The notes under the pieces were generated by a model that worked only from the letters and a program-made list of their open reading frames with translations, had not been told where the DNA came from and ran no database searches. A stretch of 64,000 nucleotides of DNA from a virus, in IMG/VR virus record IMGVR_UViG_3300042445_000711, positions 1 through 64,000 of that record. One strand, given 5' to 3'. The position numbers and the translations under genes were made by a program. Positions 1-9,752 of this stretch are shown here, in pieces (the stretch's first letter is position 1; every line of letters begins with the position of its first letter).

Positions 1-1419
1 AATTGCCAATGCCATAATTAAGTCGTCATTGTATCCTTTCATTGCTTCTGCTCTACCACTATGCCAAACAAATGTAAACATTTCATCAATCAATCTACCA
101 CTACGAATAAGAATATCTTTCTCATTCATATAAGTGTCTAATGCTGAAATAATTAAAGGTCTTGTTTTAGATGTTGTAGAGAAACCTGCAACCATTTGTT
201 TTTCATCTCTGTAAAATCTATTACTCATTTGTCTTTCAACATCAATATATTTTAAGTCATTACTCATATAGAATAGATTTTGGTATCCTCTATCTATAAT
301 TTGTTGAATACATGCCCAACCTACGTTTGAGTTTTCTACTACTAATAATGCATTGTTGTATTCGGTTGCCAATGCAGTAAGAAAGTTTCCAAAATCTTTG
401 GTATCAATCATTCCTCTATACTCCGCAACTTGCGAACAATCTTCAATATCTAAAACTTGTGCAGTTGAATAATCGGCTGCATCTCCTCTTGCAACGTCAG
501 CTACAACCATATATTGTTTATTATAATTTGGATATTCCCATTTCCATAGGTTTCTATCAAATCCTGCTTTCTCAACAGGTTCCATTACATAAGTACTTTT
601 ATACCAAGTTAATAATTCAGGGTCTATTACTGTATCTCCAGAACCAACAAAGTCGCAATCACATTCTTGTGCCGCTCCCTTTGCTCCCAAAATACGAGTT
701 TGCTCATCTCTCCAAGTTTGATTTCTTTCTGGATGAACTGTCCAATGGAGATTTATAGGATTAAATCCATTTGCACCACTTTCTCCCTCTACCCACATTT
801 TGTGAAACCAGTTACCAACACCATTTGGAGTAGATAATACGATTGCAGAACCACCCGTTGATAAGGTTGATTGAGCAGATAACCAAATTTCATCAATATC
901 TCTAATGAATGCAGCCTCATCCACTACTAATAGGGATAGAGCTTCCGAACGTCCTGCATCGGGTGAAGATGCGATTGCTTTGACCTGAGAACCGTTCTTT
1001 AGTTTAAGTGATAGTTTGTTGTCTTCAACCGAAGAGTTCCCACCATCTCTTAACCAAATTGGTAATAAATCGTGCATTACTCTTACCTTTTCTACCAAGT
1101 TCTTTGCAACTGTTACTTTAGTTGCAATAACCAATGCGTTAAAATCTTCATTAAATAACATCTTCCACAAAATAAAACCCGCAGAAAGGGTTGATAAACC
1201 TAACTGACGGGATTTAAGAATAATATTGAAACGGTTTTCTTTAAAGTCTTTTAAACAATCCTCTTGAAACTCATATAAATGAAAAGGTATCTTACCTCTG
1301 GTTGGGTGTTGAATAACACAATATTTTTTCATAAAGTAAATTGGGTCTAACCCACATTTACGATATTCTTCTGCAATAATCTCTTTTAAAGACTTCTTAG
1401 GTTGCCCTTGAACTGCCAT
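1..1419 (-). CDS. terL: Terminase large subunit (T4 gp17-like), 3' end runs off the window
   Basis: Not in the ORF track. Manual translation gives MAVQGQPKKSLKEIIAEEYRKCGLDPIYFMKKY... It contains Walker A KSRQLGLST, Walker B LLVVDEAAF, STPNG, RNase H-like ADVARG and a final GYNDDLIMALAI. The ATG overlaps the TAA of the upstream gene. Confidence 0.95.
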   Translation of the reverse strand, partial: MAVQGQPKKSLKEIIAEEYRKCGLDPIYFMKKYCVIQHPTRGKIPFHLYEFQEDCLKDFKENRFNIILKSRQLGLSTLSAGFILWKMLFNEDFNALVIATKVTVAKNLVEKVRVMHDLLPIWLRDGGNSSVEDNKLSLKLKNGSQVKAIASSPDAGRSEALSLLVVDEAAFIRDIDEIWLSAQSTLSTGGSAIVLSTPNGVGNWFHKMWVEGESGANGFNPINLHWTVHPERNQTWRDEQTRILGAKGAAQECDCDFVGSGDTVIDPELLTWYKSTYVMEPVEKAGFDRNLWKWEYPNYNKQYMVVADVARGDAADYSTAQVLDIEDCSQVAEYRGMIDTKDFGNFLTALATEYNNALLVVENSNVGWACIQQIIDRGYQNLFYMSNDLKYIDVERQMSNRFYRDEKQMVAGFSTTSKTRPLIISALDTYMNEKDILIRSGRLIDEMFTFVWHSGRAEAMKGYNDDLIMALAI

Positions 1420-2045
1420 TATTTTTTGAGTTTAATCTTCCAACCAACCGATACACCAAAATACTTATTTCCGTTTCCGTCTATAAGTAAATTTGCTCCG
1501 TATAAATTATCTTTTTTAGTTTTAAGAGTAAGTTGTGGTCCTATCAATACAGATGAGTTACCCACTATACCATTTACTCCTATATAAACTTGGTTTTTTG
1601 GAAGTTCTTTAACAATTTTAGTATCAGTAATGGTTCTCTCTTTAATTTGAGCATTCCATTTTCTACCAATAATTTTATTTTTACTAATGGTATCAGTTAT
1701 ATCTATAATACCCAATCCATCATTTAATACTAATCTATCTTTATACAAAACTTTTGAGTGATACTCTTTTACAATTCTTTCACTATCTGCTTTTATATAA
1801 ACAGGTACTTCTACTTTCTTTTCTTTTTCTACAATTGTTTCGTGATAAATGTCTTGTCCTTTTTTGTATTTTATCTGAGTACGCTCAACAATAAAGGTAT
1901 CTATTTTATGTTTTAACAATTCGTATTTTTTACCATCAATTTTAATAGTTTCAATAGATTTATCCTCACTACTACATTGTTTAAATACAATAAATGCAAC
2001 TAAACCAATTATTAAAATATTTGTGAATGAGAATATCTTTTCCAT
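1419..2045 (-). CDS. Membrane-anchored protein with C-terminal amphipathic beta-strands (possible spanin-like protein)
   Basis: N-terminal hydrophobic helix followed by Cys (FKQCS). C-terminus is ...YFGVSVGWKIKLKK. Confidence 0.5.
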   Translation of the reverse strand: MEKIFSFTNILIIGLVAFIVFKQCSSEDKSIETIKIDGKKYELLKHKIDTFIVERTQIKYKKGQDIYHETIVEKEKKVEVPVYIKADSERIVKEYHSKVLYKDRLVLNDGLGIIDITDTISKNKIIGRKWNAQIKERTITDTKIVKELPKNQVYIGVNGIVGNSSVLIGPQLTLKTKKDNLYGANLLIDGNGNKYFGVSVGWKIKLKK

Positions 2046-2048
2046 AAT

Positions 2049-2717
2049 CTATTGTTTTACAAGTTCTGAATGGTTTAATTCAACCAATTTTTCTTCTAAT
2101 GCTAATTTTCTTTCTAAAAGTGCTTCGATTGCATCGTATGCACCGTTTATATCTGTTCTAATATCTTCTTTTACTTTCTCAATATCAATATCCCATTGCC
2201 AATTTGAAATAGTACCATTTTCATTTACCATTTCAACCTGTTGTTTGATACCTTCTAATGCTTCTTCGTATTGAGTTTTTAAATCTCTAACATAACCTAA
2301 TTTATTTAATGTTATTTTGTAATCCTCATAAAACGGCCAAGTACCATCTACTCTTAACTTAGTTTCTTGCTTTGCTAAACAATCTATACAAAGAGTTGTT
2401 TTAACAATTGCCTTTTTATCAGCAGTACTATATTTTATAGTTTTACATTCGGATGAAGAACATTTACTAATTTTTTGTAAGAATTCTCTTACCTTATCCA
2501 TCTTAGTTAGGTTTGTTCTAAACCCATCTTTTTGTTCCCACTCTACACCTTCACCATCAACCCATTTTTCACCAACTTCTCTTTTTTTATCAGCTTCTTT
2601 TTCATAACCAAATGTTGTTTGATTATCATCTGTTCTTCCAAATACTGTATCTATAACTAATTGACGAGATTTGTGAATATTTTTGTTTTTTTCTTCAAAG
2701 GATTTTCTCTTTGCCAT
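2049..2717 (-). CDS. Hypothetical protein with putative Zn ligands and a coiled coil
   Basis: 222-aa ORF with CSSSEC...CIDC and a charged helical C-terminus. Confidence 0.7.
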   Translation of the reverse strand: MAKRKSFEEKNKNIHKSRQLVIDTVFGRTDDNQTTFGYEKEADKKREVGEKWVDGEGVEWEQKDGFRTNLTKMDKVREFLQKISKCSSSECKTIKYSTADKKAIVKTTLCIDCLAKQETKLRVDGTWPFYEDYKITLNKLGYVRDLKTQYEEALEGIKQQVEMVNENGTISNWQWDIDIEKVKEDIRTDINGAYDAIEALLERKLALEEKLVELNHSELVKQ

Positions 2718-2761
2718 AATTCTATATTAATGTAACTAATTGATTTATTATATATATCAAA

Positions 2762-5700
2762 CTATTCGTAAAAAATACCTAAAATCTGATTTAATGGTGC
2801 AAAAGTTCCTGTAAGTTTATATGTGTTTCCTTTATAAATGAATACAATGCCCTCATTTGGAACTATTTTTTCTAATCCACCAATCGATTGTAATCTTGCT
2901 AATTCTTGTTTTAATTTTTGAATTTTAGTTATATCTCCACTACCTCTTACCTTATCAGCAGTATCTTTTAATCTTTGTTTCATACTAGCAACTGCTGCAT
3001 TTGGATTTGCAGTTAATACCGAATCCATAAATGATAATACATCTGCTCCAACTCCTAAAAATATCTCCTCAAATGGTCTAATGTTTTCTTTTTGTTGTTT
3101 TGCAACATTTACTTTATCATTATCTATTGCCCACTTTTGAGCATCTTTATCAGTAATAGTATTCAAACGGAATGATTTATCACCAAATGCCCATCTGTTA
3201 ATTAAAGCATCTCTTTCTAACTTTTGTAATTTAACTTTACTCTTATCTATAAAGTTTGCCCACCAGGCCTGATGATATTCCGCAACACCATCTCTATTAC
3301 TTAATTGGAATTCAAATTGTAATTTTTGTAATTGTGTTAAATATTTAGTTTGTTTAGAAGCCAATTCTTCATTATTTGGTAATCTAGTTACAGGAGGTCC
3401 TTGAATTGTATATTTTGATTGAACATCTCCATTAACTTGCTTAATCATTCCTGCTAACATCGTTGCTGCCCCTTGATTTGCTCCAACTGCTACACCTTTC
3501 TCATCATAGCAAGTTGTATTGTGGAATACCAATAGGGGTTGTCCGTAAGGTATCACATTTACCGATGTAGGCCAGATAACTTCTAAGTTCATAAAACACT
3601 TACCTTCATCAAATATCTTTTTTCTCTGTGGTTCTGATAACGAACTAATTGCTGCTGATAAATCTTTCATAGCAAAATTGTAAGCATCGGTTAATCCACC
3701 TCTACCTGCAAACTTTGATGCAACATCTTCTATACCCATTGCATTTGCACCCGCATTAGCTAAATTACCTTTGTTTCTTGCTGCAATTAATCTACCATTT
3801 TTCCAACTGATTGCCAGAGCTTGTCCATCGGTTTTTTCTCTAGTCAATTCTAATTTACCAGTTAATGCTCCTGTAATAATATTTTTTAAATCACCAAAAG
3901 TTAATTTCATATCATCAAACGGGTGAGACATGTGTCCGTATGCACCACCTTCTGATATTACAGATTTGTTTACCGATTCATTCATAACTTTACCACCATT
4001 ATTATTAATAAAGTTTTGAATATCAGCCTCATTCTTTGCAACTTCTACATTTTTGTATTTTTGCTTTATTTTATCTATTTCGTTTTGCCTATCACTTGGA
4101 CTTTTCTGGCTTTCTAACCATTTATTTGCATCCGCTCTACTTTTAGATAATTCTATTTCTCTATGTTTCTTTTGAATATTCCAGGGATAATCTTGTAAGA
4201 GAGTTTTATCTTGGATTACTAAAATCTTTTCAATTTTAATGTTTGTAAGAACTACTTCATTCCAATCTGCTTCCCAATGTAATCCATTTGAATTTGAGTA
4301 TGTTTCTTGAAAATCTTTTTTCTTACTCAACATATATCTTTCAGCAGCTTCATAATATTTTTTTATGAATTCAGCTTTTTCTGCATTTGTAATTGTACCA
4401 TCAAAATAATGCTTATTAAACTTTTCTTTATATGGTTGTAATTCAGGTGCAAAATTAAAAACTACATCTTGTTCTCTTCCCAAATTTGCTATTACAGTTC
4501 CAGGATTTACCCATCTTCTACCTTGTTTATCAGGCTCTGTCCACAAATCCATTATACTTTGTGCCAAAATTGTACCTGATAATGCTACCATTACACCACC
4601 TTCTGTCCACAATCCTTTACCTTGTGCAATTTTTCCCCATTTAGTAGTTTTATTGAATGTAGAAATTGATTTTTTAGTTCCTTCTAATGCTGCAACTTTT
4701 GATAAATTTGCAATATCAGTTATGTGTAATGTAGTTGCTTTAATTGGGTTTACTAATTTCTGAACAATATTAAGTGAAAGTGGTAATTTACCAAGCATAC
4801 ATTTTCTAAAAGTGTCTTCTTCCCATTTAATTGCTTCGTTTAAAGATTCTTTTAAAGTTCTTTTTTTAAGAATTATTTGTTGAATTTGTGAAAATATAGA
4901 TTGTATATCTTTATCTAATTGTTTTTCATCTGCACTCATTGGTGATTCAATATCAACATTAGAGTAAAGTTTTTTCTTTTTAGCAATTAGAACATCTACT
5001 TTTTTAATTAAATCATGTCTTACTTTATCTAAATCTTTTATGATTTCTGATGGAGTTTCTTCGTTTACGATTGTAGGAGAATTGGTTTGAAAATCACCTT
5101 TTCTCATTACGGTTTTAGCAATAACTTTATTTGCCATCTTTACAAATGGAATGTTGATATTACTTCTATCGTCTTTAACTACGATTTGATTGTATTTGTC
5201 TAAAAAATCTATGAATTGTTTTTTGTGTCTTCCTAATCTCTTAAAGAAACCAGTTAGTTCTGGTTCGGATATTTCTTTACCATTACGAGTATCATTTACT
5301 CTATCAAAAAAGTGATTACTAAATTCTATGTCAGCAGGGTCTAACTCTCTATCTGCGTATCTTTCAACACTATCCAAATTAGATTGTGTTAATTTTTCAG
5401 TTTTAACAGGTTCGTATCCTCTATCCTCTGTATCTTTTGTAGTTACTTGGTGTCCTGGTTGTTTAGTTCTTTTATCATCAAAATCTATTGTATCTAACTC
5501 AGCAGGATACCCATAATCAGGTGCGTATGCAGATGATTTATGGTGATGATTAAAATTATGGTCAAGAGTTCCGTGAGGTTTGTGATTTTTCGTATTAACC
5601 GATTCACCAATTTTATTTAACTTTTTTTTTTCGATATATTCTTTTAATCCCAATTTATCGGTCATATCAGTTACCTCTTCGTAATCAGTATCTCTTAATT

Positions 5701-8563
5701 GGGCTTCGATTTCTCTTTTACTTGCATTTGGGTCATTACAAACTGCTACTCCAATTTTCTTTTTACCATATGAATTTGCTTTATCCCACAATTTCATAAT
5801 TGCTTTGAAGTGCCAATCGTTTGAACCAACTTCATCAAATACAGATTGTGGATTTGGTTTTGCTTTTTCTCCTCTTGGTATTCTAAATGTAGTTGCAACT
5901 TTACCGTTGATTGTTGGCATTCCGTGGTCATCAGTACCAAAATCTTTTGCTACAACTTTTTTGTTTTTGAATTTACCCATTAAAACAGTATCACCCTTAT
6001 CAACATCTATATTGATGTCTTCATTGTAAATTGTTTTATTTAACTTACCATATTCTCTTAATAATATGGCTGCTATTGAATTTGCTTTGTTTTCAACAGT
6101 TGAACCAGTTGCTCCATCTCTTACTGAATCACCAATCAATCCCATTTCATCTTGCTTTCTATGAACCATTTCATGTGCAATAGTTCTTAAAATATCAGCA
6201 GTTAATCTGCCTTCGGTTGCTACAAATATTTCTTTAGAATCAACATTGTATCCACCCAATGAATGGTTTTGTCTTGAAAACTCAGGGTCTTCTACTAATG
6301 TTACTTTTGGTTGTTCTTTTAATTTTAATCTTTTGGTTGCATATTCTACAAAATTACTTACATTTTCTCTTTTTAATGGAGAAATTTGTTCTTGTATTGG
6401 TTTTAATAATTTTGCCGTTTCAAGTCCTTTTTGTTTTTCTTCCTTTTCTTTTTTAGCTTCTGAATATGATTTCATTGTTTCAAACATCTGTTGTGATGTT
6501 GGTTTGAAATCTTTCATTTTTTCCAAAATAGTTGCCACCAAATTCATAAGTAAATCTGCGTTTTGTTTTGTTTCATCTTCCGGCTTAGCATCTTCGGACA
6601 TAACATAACTCATTGCATTGTGGAATAATTTACCTATATGTGGAACAACTCCTACGGTTGCAACACCAGCTCTTGCTGCTATTTTTTCAGCTTGCTCAAA
6701 CTCAAATCCTGCACCTAATCCTAATGCTTCAAATCCGCAATGTTTTGCAAAATCTACTCCCATATGGCTTACAAATCCAGTAACTCCATGAGAAAGTGTT
6801 TCTCCCGCACCACTAAGTGCAGCTTGCCCCAAACCACCAAGTGCTCCTCCTCCCGCTAAATGACCCATCACTCCACTAACTGCTCCACCGGCAATAACTG
6901 CTCCTGCTATTTTAGCTGCATCAATTGCCGTTGCTTTTGCTGCTTTTTTCTGTTTTTCTGCTGCATCTTTATTAATTCCCCACTTTCCATCTTTACCCTT
7001 TTCGTAACCAAATTGCAATCCTTTACCATGTGATAAAGAAGTTGCTAATGATTTTATACCTTTTCCAGTATTTTTAAGTTGATGATATTTGTGCTTTGCA
7101 ACATCATATGCACCTTTTACCATATTATCTGGAAACTCTGCCATAAAATCCGCAGCACGGTCTACAAATCCTTTTCTAGTTTCAGATTCAGGGTTTGCCA
7201 TTTCATGTGCATCGTGGTGTTCTTCTGTATTAAAATCTTTCCAAAGTGCCGATGCTTCTTTTTTAATAGAATCACTTGCATCATTAAAAAATTCTTTGAA
7301 TGAAGCATATTTTTCAGCTTTTTTATCTTGTGGTGTTTTTTCAGCTGATGATTTTAATTCATCACCACTTAATGTTTGTGCAGGTGGTGTTTGTTCTGCT
7401 CCTTGTGGTGTAGGAGTTCCTCCTTTTGCCTTATCTGCTTTACCTTGTTGGGTTTGTCCTTGTTTAACTGGTTGACCAGGTTCAGAAGGTTTTGCCGATT
7501 GGGTTGCTGCTTTACCTGGCTCAGCAAGTTTTTTTGGTTGATTTGCAGGTGCATCTGTTGGTCCTTTTGCCATTGCATTAGGTTTATCACTACCAACCAT
7601 TTTAGTAGCTTGAACGTGTGCAGGATGGTCTTTTGCTAATCTTAATGCACTCTTAACTTTAATTTTCTTTTTAGTTCCATCTGAAGCAGTATAATCAAAC
7701 TCCTTATCCATAATAGGATTTGGTGCTTCTGTAAAGTATGAATCTACAAACTCTTTAAACATTTCTTCTGCAAGAACTCTATCAATTATATGTCCAATTG
7801 GGTCATATAAACTTTCATTCTTATACCAATCTGGTTCGTCCGATGGGTGTTCTATTTGATGTCTTGTTGGCTTTGGTTCAGGTCTTAATGCAGAAGATGG
7901 TTCTGTGTTATTTGATTCGTTTGCAGAACCAGTTGGTGCTCCATTAATATATCCACCTGGAAGATTTAATCCTGTTCCGATTCCTCCTGGAAAACCATCT
8001 TCATTTAATTTGTTTGTTATCATTTTAAAAATATCTGCATTAAACTTTGGATATGCTTTTAAGAATCCTTTCTTTTTAGATTCATCATCTCCACTACCTA
8101 ACCAATTACGAACATCCGTTCCACTAATTGGACTTGATTCGGCAGGAACTGCGTAAGTATATCCTATCTCATCATAACCATATCCCGTTTTACCTTTATA
8201 TGGTTTAAAATATTTACCACTTAATCTACTTTCATCTTTTTCCCCAACTGCCGCAATATAAGCAGTAGTTTTACCATCAAAAGATGATAATATTTCTTTT
8301 GGAGCATATGGGTTTGATACTTGAATAAATTTATCAGATGGAACATTAAACATTTTAGTTGCAATTTCCTTCTTTTCTTTAAAATCAAATGGAGATTTTG
8401 GACCAGATGTACTATTAGATGTTGCAATATATACATTCTCCTTACCAAACTTTTTAGCAAGTTTTAGATAGGATACATAGTGTCCAGCATGGAATGGTTG
8501 GAAACGTCCTGAATATACTACAACTAAATCCGTTACTTCCGGCTTATCTACTTCTAATTTCAT
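2762..8563 (-). CDS. 1933-aa mosaic protein: HxGH nucleotidyltransferase, Gly-zipper segment, HExxH metallopeptidase-like domain, small domains and a C-terminal ligase-like nucleotidyltransferase
   Basis: Motifs GRFQPFHAGH and ISGTDVR; LRTIAHEMVH; EKTDG...NLEVI...VFH...EGIVF...KLTG. Confidence 0.85.
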   Translation of the reverse strand: MKLEVDKPEVTDLVVVYSGRFQPFHAGHYVSYLKLAKKFGKENVYIATSNSTSGPKSPFDFKEKKEIATKMFNVPSDKFIQVSNPYAPKEILSSFDGKTTAYIAAVGEKDESRLSGKYFKPYKGKTGYGYDEIGYTYAVPAESSPISGTDVRNWLGSGDDESKKKGFLKAYPKFNADIFKMITNKLNEDGFPGGIGTGLNLPGGYINGAPTGSANESNNTEPSSALRPEPKPTRHQIEHPSDEPDWYKNESLYDPIGHIIDRVLAEEMFKEFVDSYFTEAPNPIMDKEFDYTASDGTKKKIKVKSALRLAKDHPAHVQATKMVGSDKPNAMAKGPTDAPANQPKKLAEPGKAATQSAKPSEPGQPVKQGQTQQGKADKAKGGTPTPQGAEQTPPAQTLSGDELKSSAEKTPQDKKAEKYASFKEFFNDASDSIKKEASALWKDFNTEEHHDAHEMANPESETRKGFVDRAADFMAEFPDNMVKGAYDVAKHKYHQLKNTGKGIKSLATSLSHGKGLQFGYEKGKDGKWGINKDAAEKQKKAAKATAIDAAKIAGAVIAGGAVSGVMGHLAGGGALGGLGQAALSGAGETLSHGVTGFVSHMGVDFAKHCGFEALGLGAGFEFEQAEKIAARAGVATVGVVPHIGKLFHNAMSYVMSEDAKPEDETKQNADLLMNLVATILEKMKDFKPTSQQMFETMKSYSEAKKEKEEKQKGLETAKLLKPIQEQISPLKRENVSNFVEYATKRLKLKEQPKVTLVEDPEFSRQNHSLGGYNVDSKEIFVATEGRLTADILRTIAHEMVHRKQDEMGLIGDSVRDGATGSTVENKANSIAAILLREYGKLNKTIYNEDINIDVDKGDTVLMGKFKNKKVVAKDFGTDDHGMPTINGKVATTFRIPRGEKAKPNPQSVFDEVGSNDWHFKAIMKLWDKANSYGKKKIGVAVCNDPNASKREIEAQLRDTDYEEVTDMTDKLGLKEYIEKKKLNKIGESVNTKNHKPHGTLDHNFNHHHKSSAYAPDYGYPAELDTIDFDDKRTKQPGHQVTTKDTEDRGYEPVKTEKLTQSNLDSVERYADRELDPADIEFSNHFFDRVNDTRNGKEISEPELTGFFKRLGRHKKQFIDFLDKYNQIVVKDDRSNINIPFVKMANKVIAKTVMRKGDFQTNSPTIVNEETPSEIIKDLDKVRHDLIKKVDVLIAKKKKLYSNVDIESPMSADEKQLDKDIQSIFSQIQQIILKKRTLKESLNEAIKWEEDTFRKCMLGKLPLSLNIVQKLVNPIKATTLHITDIANLSKVAALEGTKKSISTFNKTTKWGKIAQGKGLWTEGGVMVALSGTILAQSIMDLWTEPDKQGRRWVNPGTVIANLGREQDVVFNFAPELQPYKEKFNKHYFDGTITNAEKAEFIKKYYEAAERYMLSKKKDFQETYSNSNGLHWEADWNEVVLTNIKIEKILVIQDKTLLQDYPWNIQKKHREIELSKSRADANKWLESQKSPSDRQNEIDKIKQKYKNVEVAKNEADIQNFINNNGGKVMNESVNKSVISEGGAYGHMSHPFDDMKLTFGDLKNIITGALTGKLELTREKTDGQALAISWKNGRLIAARNKGNLANAGANAMGIEDVASKFAGRGGLTDAYNFAMKDLSAAISSLSEPQRKKIFDEGKCFMNLEVIWPTSVNVIPYGQPLLVFHNTTCYDEKGVAVGANQGAATMLAGMIKQVNGDVQSKYTIQGPPVTRLPNNEELASKQTKYLTQLQKLQFEFQLSNRDGVAEYHQAWWANFIDKSKVKLQKLERDALINRWAFGDKSFRLNTITDKDAQKWAIDNDKVNVAKQQKENIRPFEEIFLGVGADVLSFMDSVLTANPNAAVASMKQRLKDTADKVRGSGDITKIQKLKQELARLQSIGGLEKIVPNEGIVFIYKGNTYKLTGTFAPLNQILGIFYE

Positions 8564-8589
8564 ATGTATAAATATCTCAAAATTTAAGA

Positions 8590-8715
8590 TTAGAAAGATT
8601 TATATACAAAAGGGTCTCTTTTTTTAAGTTCTTCTAATTTTTTCTTAAATCTTTTCTTTCTTTGGTAATCTTCGTATAATTTTACGAAAAATGAAATTAT
8701 AGGTAAATTCTTCAT
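8590..8715 (-). CDS. 41-aa small protein ending RDPFVYKSF (C-terminal Tyr-motif peptide)
   Basis: Manual translation MKNLPIISFFVKLYEDYQRKKRFKKKLEELKKRDPFVYKSF*. It fills the intergenic gap and is preceded by two ATATTTATA motifs. Too short for the ORF track. Confidence 0.85.
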   Translation of the reverse strand: MKNLPIISFFVKLYEDYQRKKRFKKKLEELKKRDPFVYKSF

Positions 8716-8730
8716 ATTTTTTTCTTTGTG

Positions 8731-8747
8731 TATAAATATATAAATAT
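8731..8747. promoter_or_regulatory. Tandem TATAAATA/TATTTATA late-promoter-like motifs in a divergent intergenic region
   Basis: tataaatatataaatat lies between the divergent genes starting at 8715 (-) and 8780 (+). Confidence 0.55.
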
Positions 8748-8779
8748 TTGATATATATAACTATATAAGTTACATAAAA

Positions 8780-9751
8780 ATGAAGATATTAATTACAGGT
8801 GGAGCCGGTTATTTAGGTTCTGTTATAGTTGGTAGAATGTTGCAAGAAGGGCATTCCGTTATAGTTTTAGATAAACTATTATTTAACCAAACTTCTTTAT
8901 TACAATACACACACCATTCTGAATTTAAATTTATCTACGGAGATGTTCGTAATGAAAAACTATTGGAAAAACTTTGCAATCAAGTAGATGTGATTATTCC
9001 ATTAGCAGCAATTGTAGGATTTCCTGCTTGTGATGCCGAACCTCAATTGGCAAAGGAATTAAATTTGATTCAAATTCAAAATATAATAAAATTTACAAAA
9101 GGTAAAGGTAAAAAGATTTTATATCCAAATACAAATAGTGGATATGGAATTGCAGAAGGTCAATCAGAATGTACCGAAGAATCCCCATTAAATCCAATAT
9201 CAGTTTATGGTTCTACTAAGGTTGAAGCAGAAAGACTTCTAAAAGAACATACAGATGCAATCATTTTTAGATTAGCAACCGTCTTTGGAGTATCTGCAAG
9301 AATGAGAACTGATTTGTTAGTAAACGATTTTACTTATAAAGCAATTACTGATAAATACATCGTAGTATTTGAGAAAAACTTTAAAAGAAACTTTATTCAT
9401 ATAGAAGATGTAGCAAATGCTTTCTTATTTATGTTACACAATTACGATGAACACAAAGGTGAAGTATTTAATGTTGGTTTAAGTGATTCAAATTTAAATA
9501 AACAACAATTATTGGAAAAGATAAAATTACAAGTTCCAAAATTTGCAATTGTTTATGATGATTATTACGAAGACCCTGATAAAAGAGATTACATTGTTTC
9601 TAATGCTAAAATTGAAGCAACAGGTTGGAAACCAACTTGGAGTTTAGATGAAGGTATTGAACAACTTATAGAAGCATATCAAATGATAGTACCAAGAATG
9701 GGAGCAGAATTTAGAAACGGATTTCCATTAGGTTACGCAAACAATACATAA
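8780..9751 (+). CDS. NAD-dependent NDP-sugar epimerase/dehydratase (extended SDR)
   Basis: TGGAGYLG, YGSTK (YxxxK), RLATVFG, RNFIHIED. Confidence 0.92.
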   Translation: MKILITGGAGYLGSVIVGRMLQEGHSVIVLDKLLFNQTSLLQYTHHSEFKFIYGDVRNEKLLEKLCNQVDVIIPLAAIVGFPACDAEPQLAKELNLIQIQNIIKFTKGKGKKILYPNTNSGYGIAEGQSECTEESPLNPISVYGSTKVEAERLLKEHTDAIIFRLATVFGVSARMRTDLLVNDFTYKAITDKYIVVFEKNFKRNFIHIEDVANAFLFMLHNYDEHKGEVFNVGLSDSNLNKQQLLEKIKLQVPKFAIVYDDYYEDPDKRDYIVSNAKIEATGWKPTWSLDEGIEQLIEAYQMIVPRMGAEFRNGFPLGYANNT

Positions 9752-9752
9752 T

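Noticed and set aside
459-1587. Plus-strand ORFs 459-758, 1016-1207 and 1402-1587
   Set aside because: Antisense shadows of terL and its neighbour, with no motifs.
2023-8460. Short ORFs overlapping 2049-2717 and the 1933-aa gene
   Set aside because: Antisense or out-of-frame shadows with non-protein-like composition.
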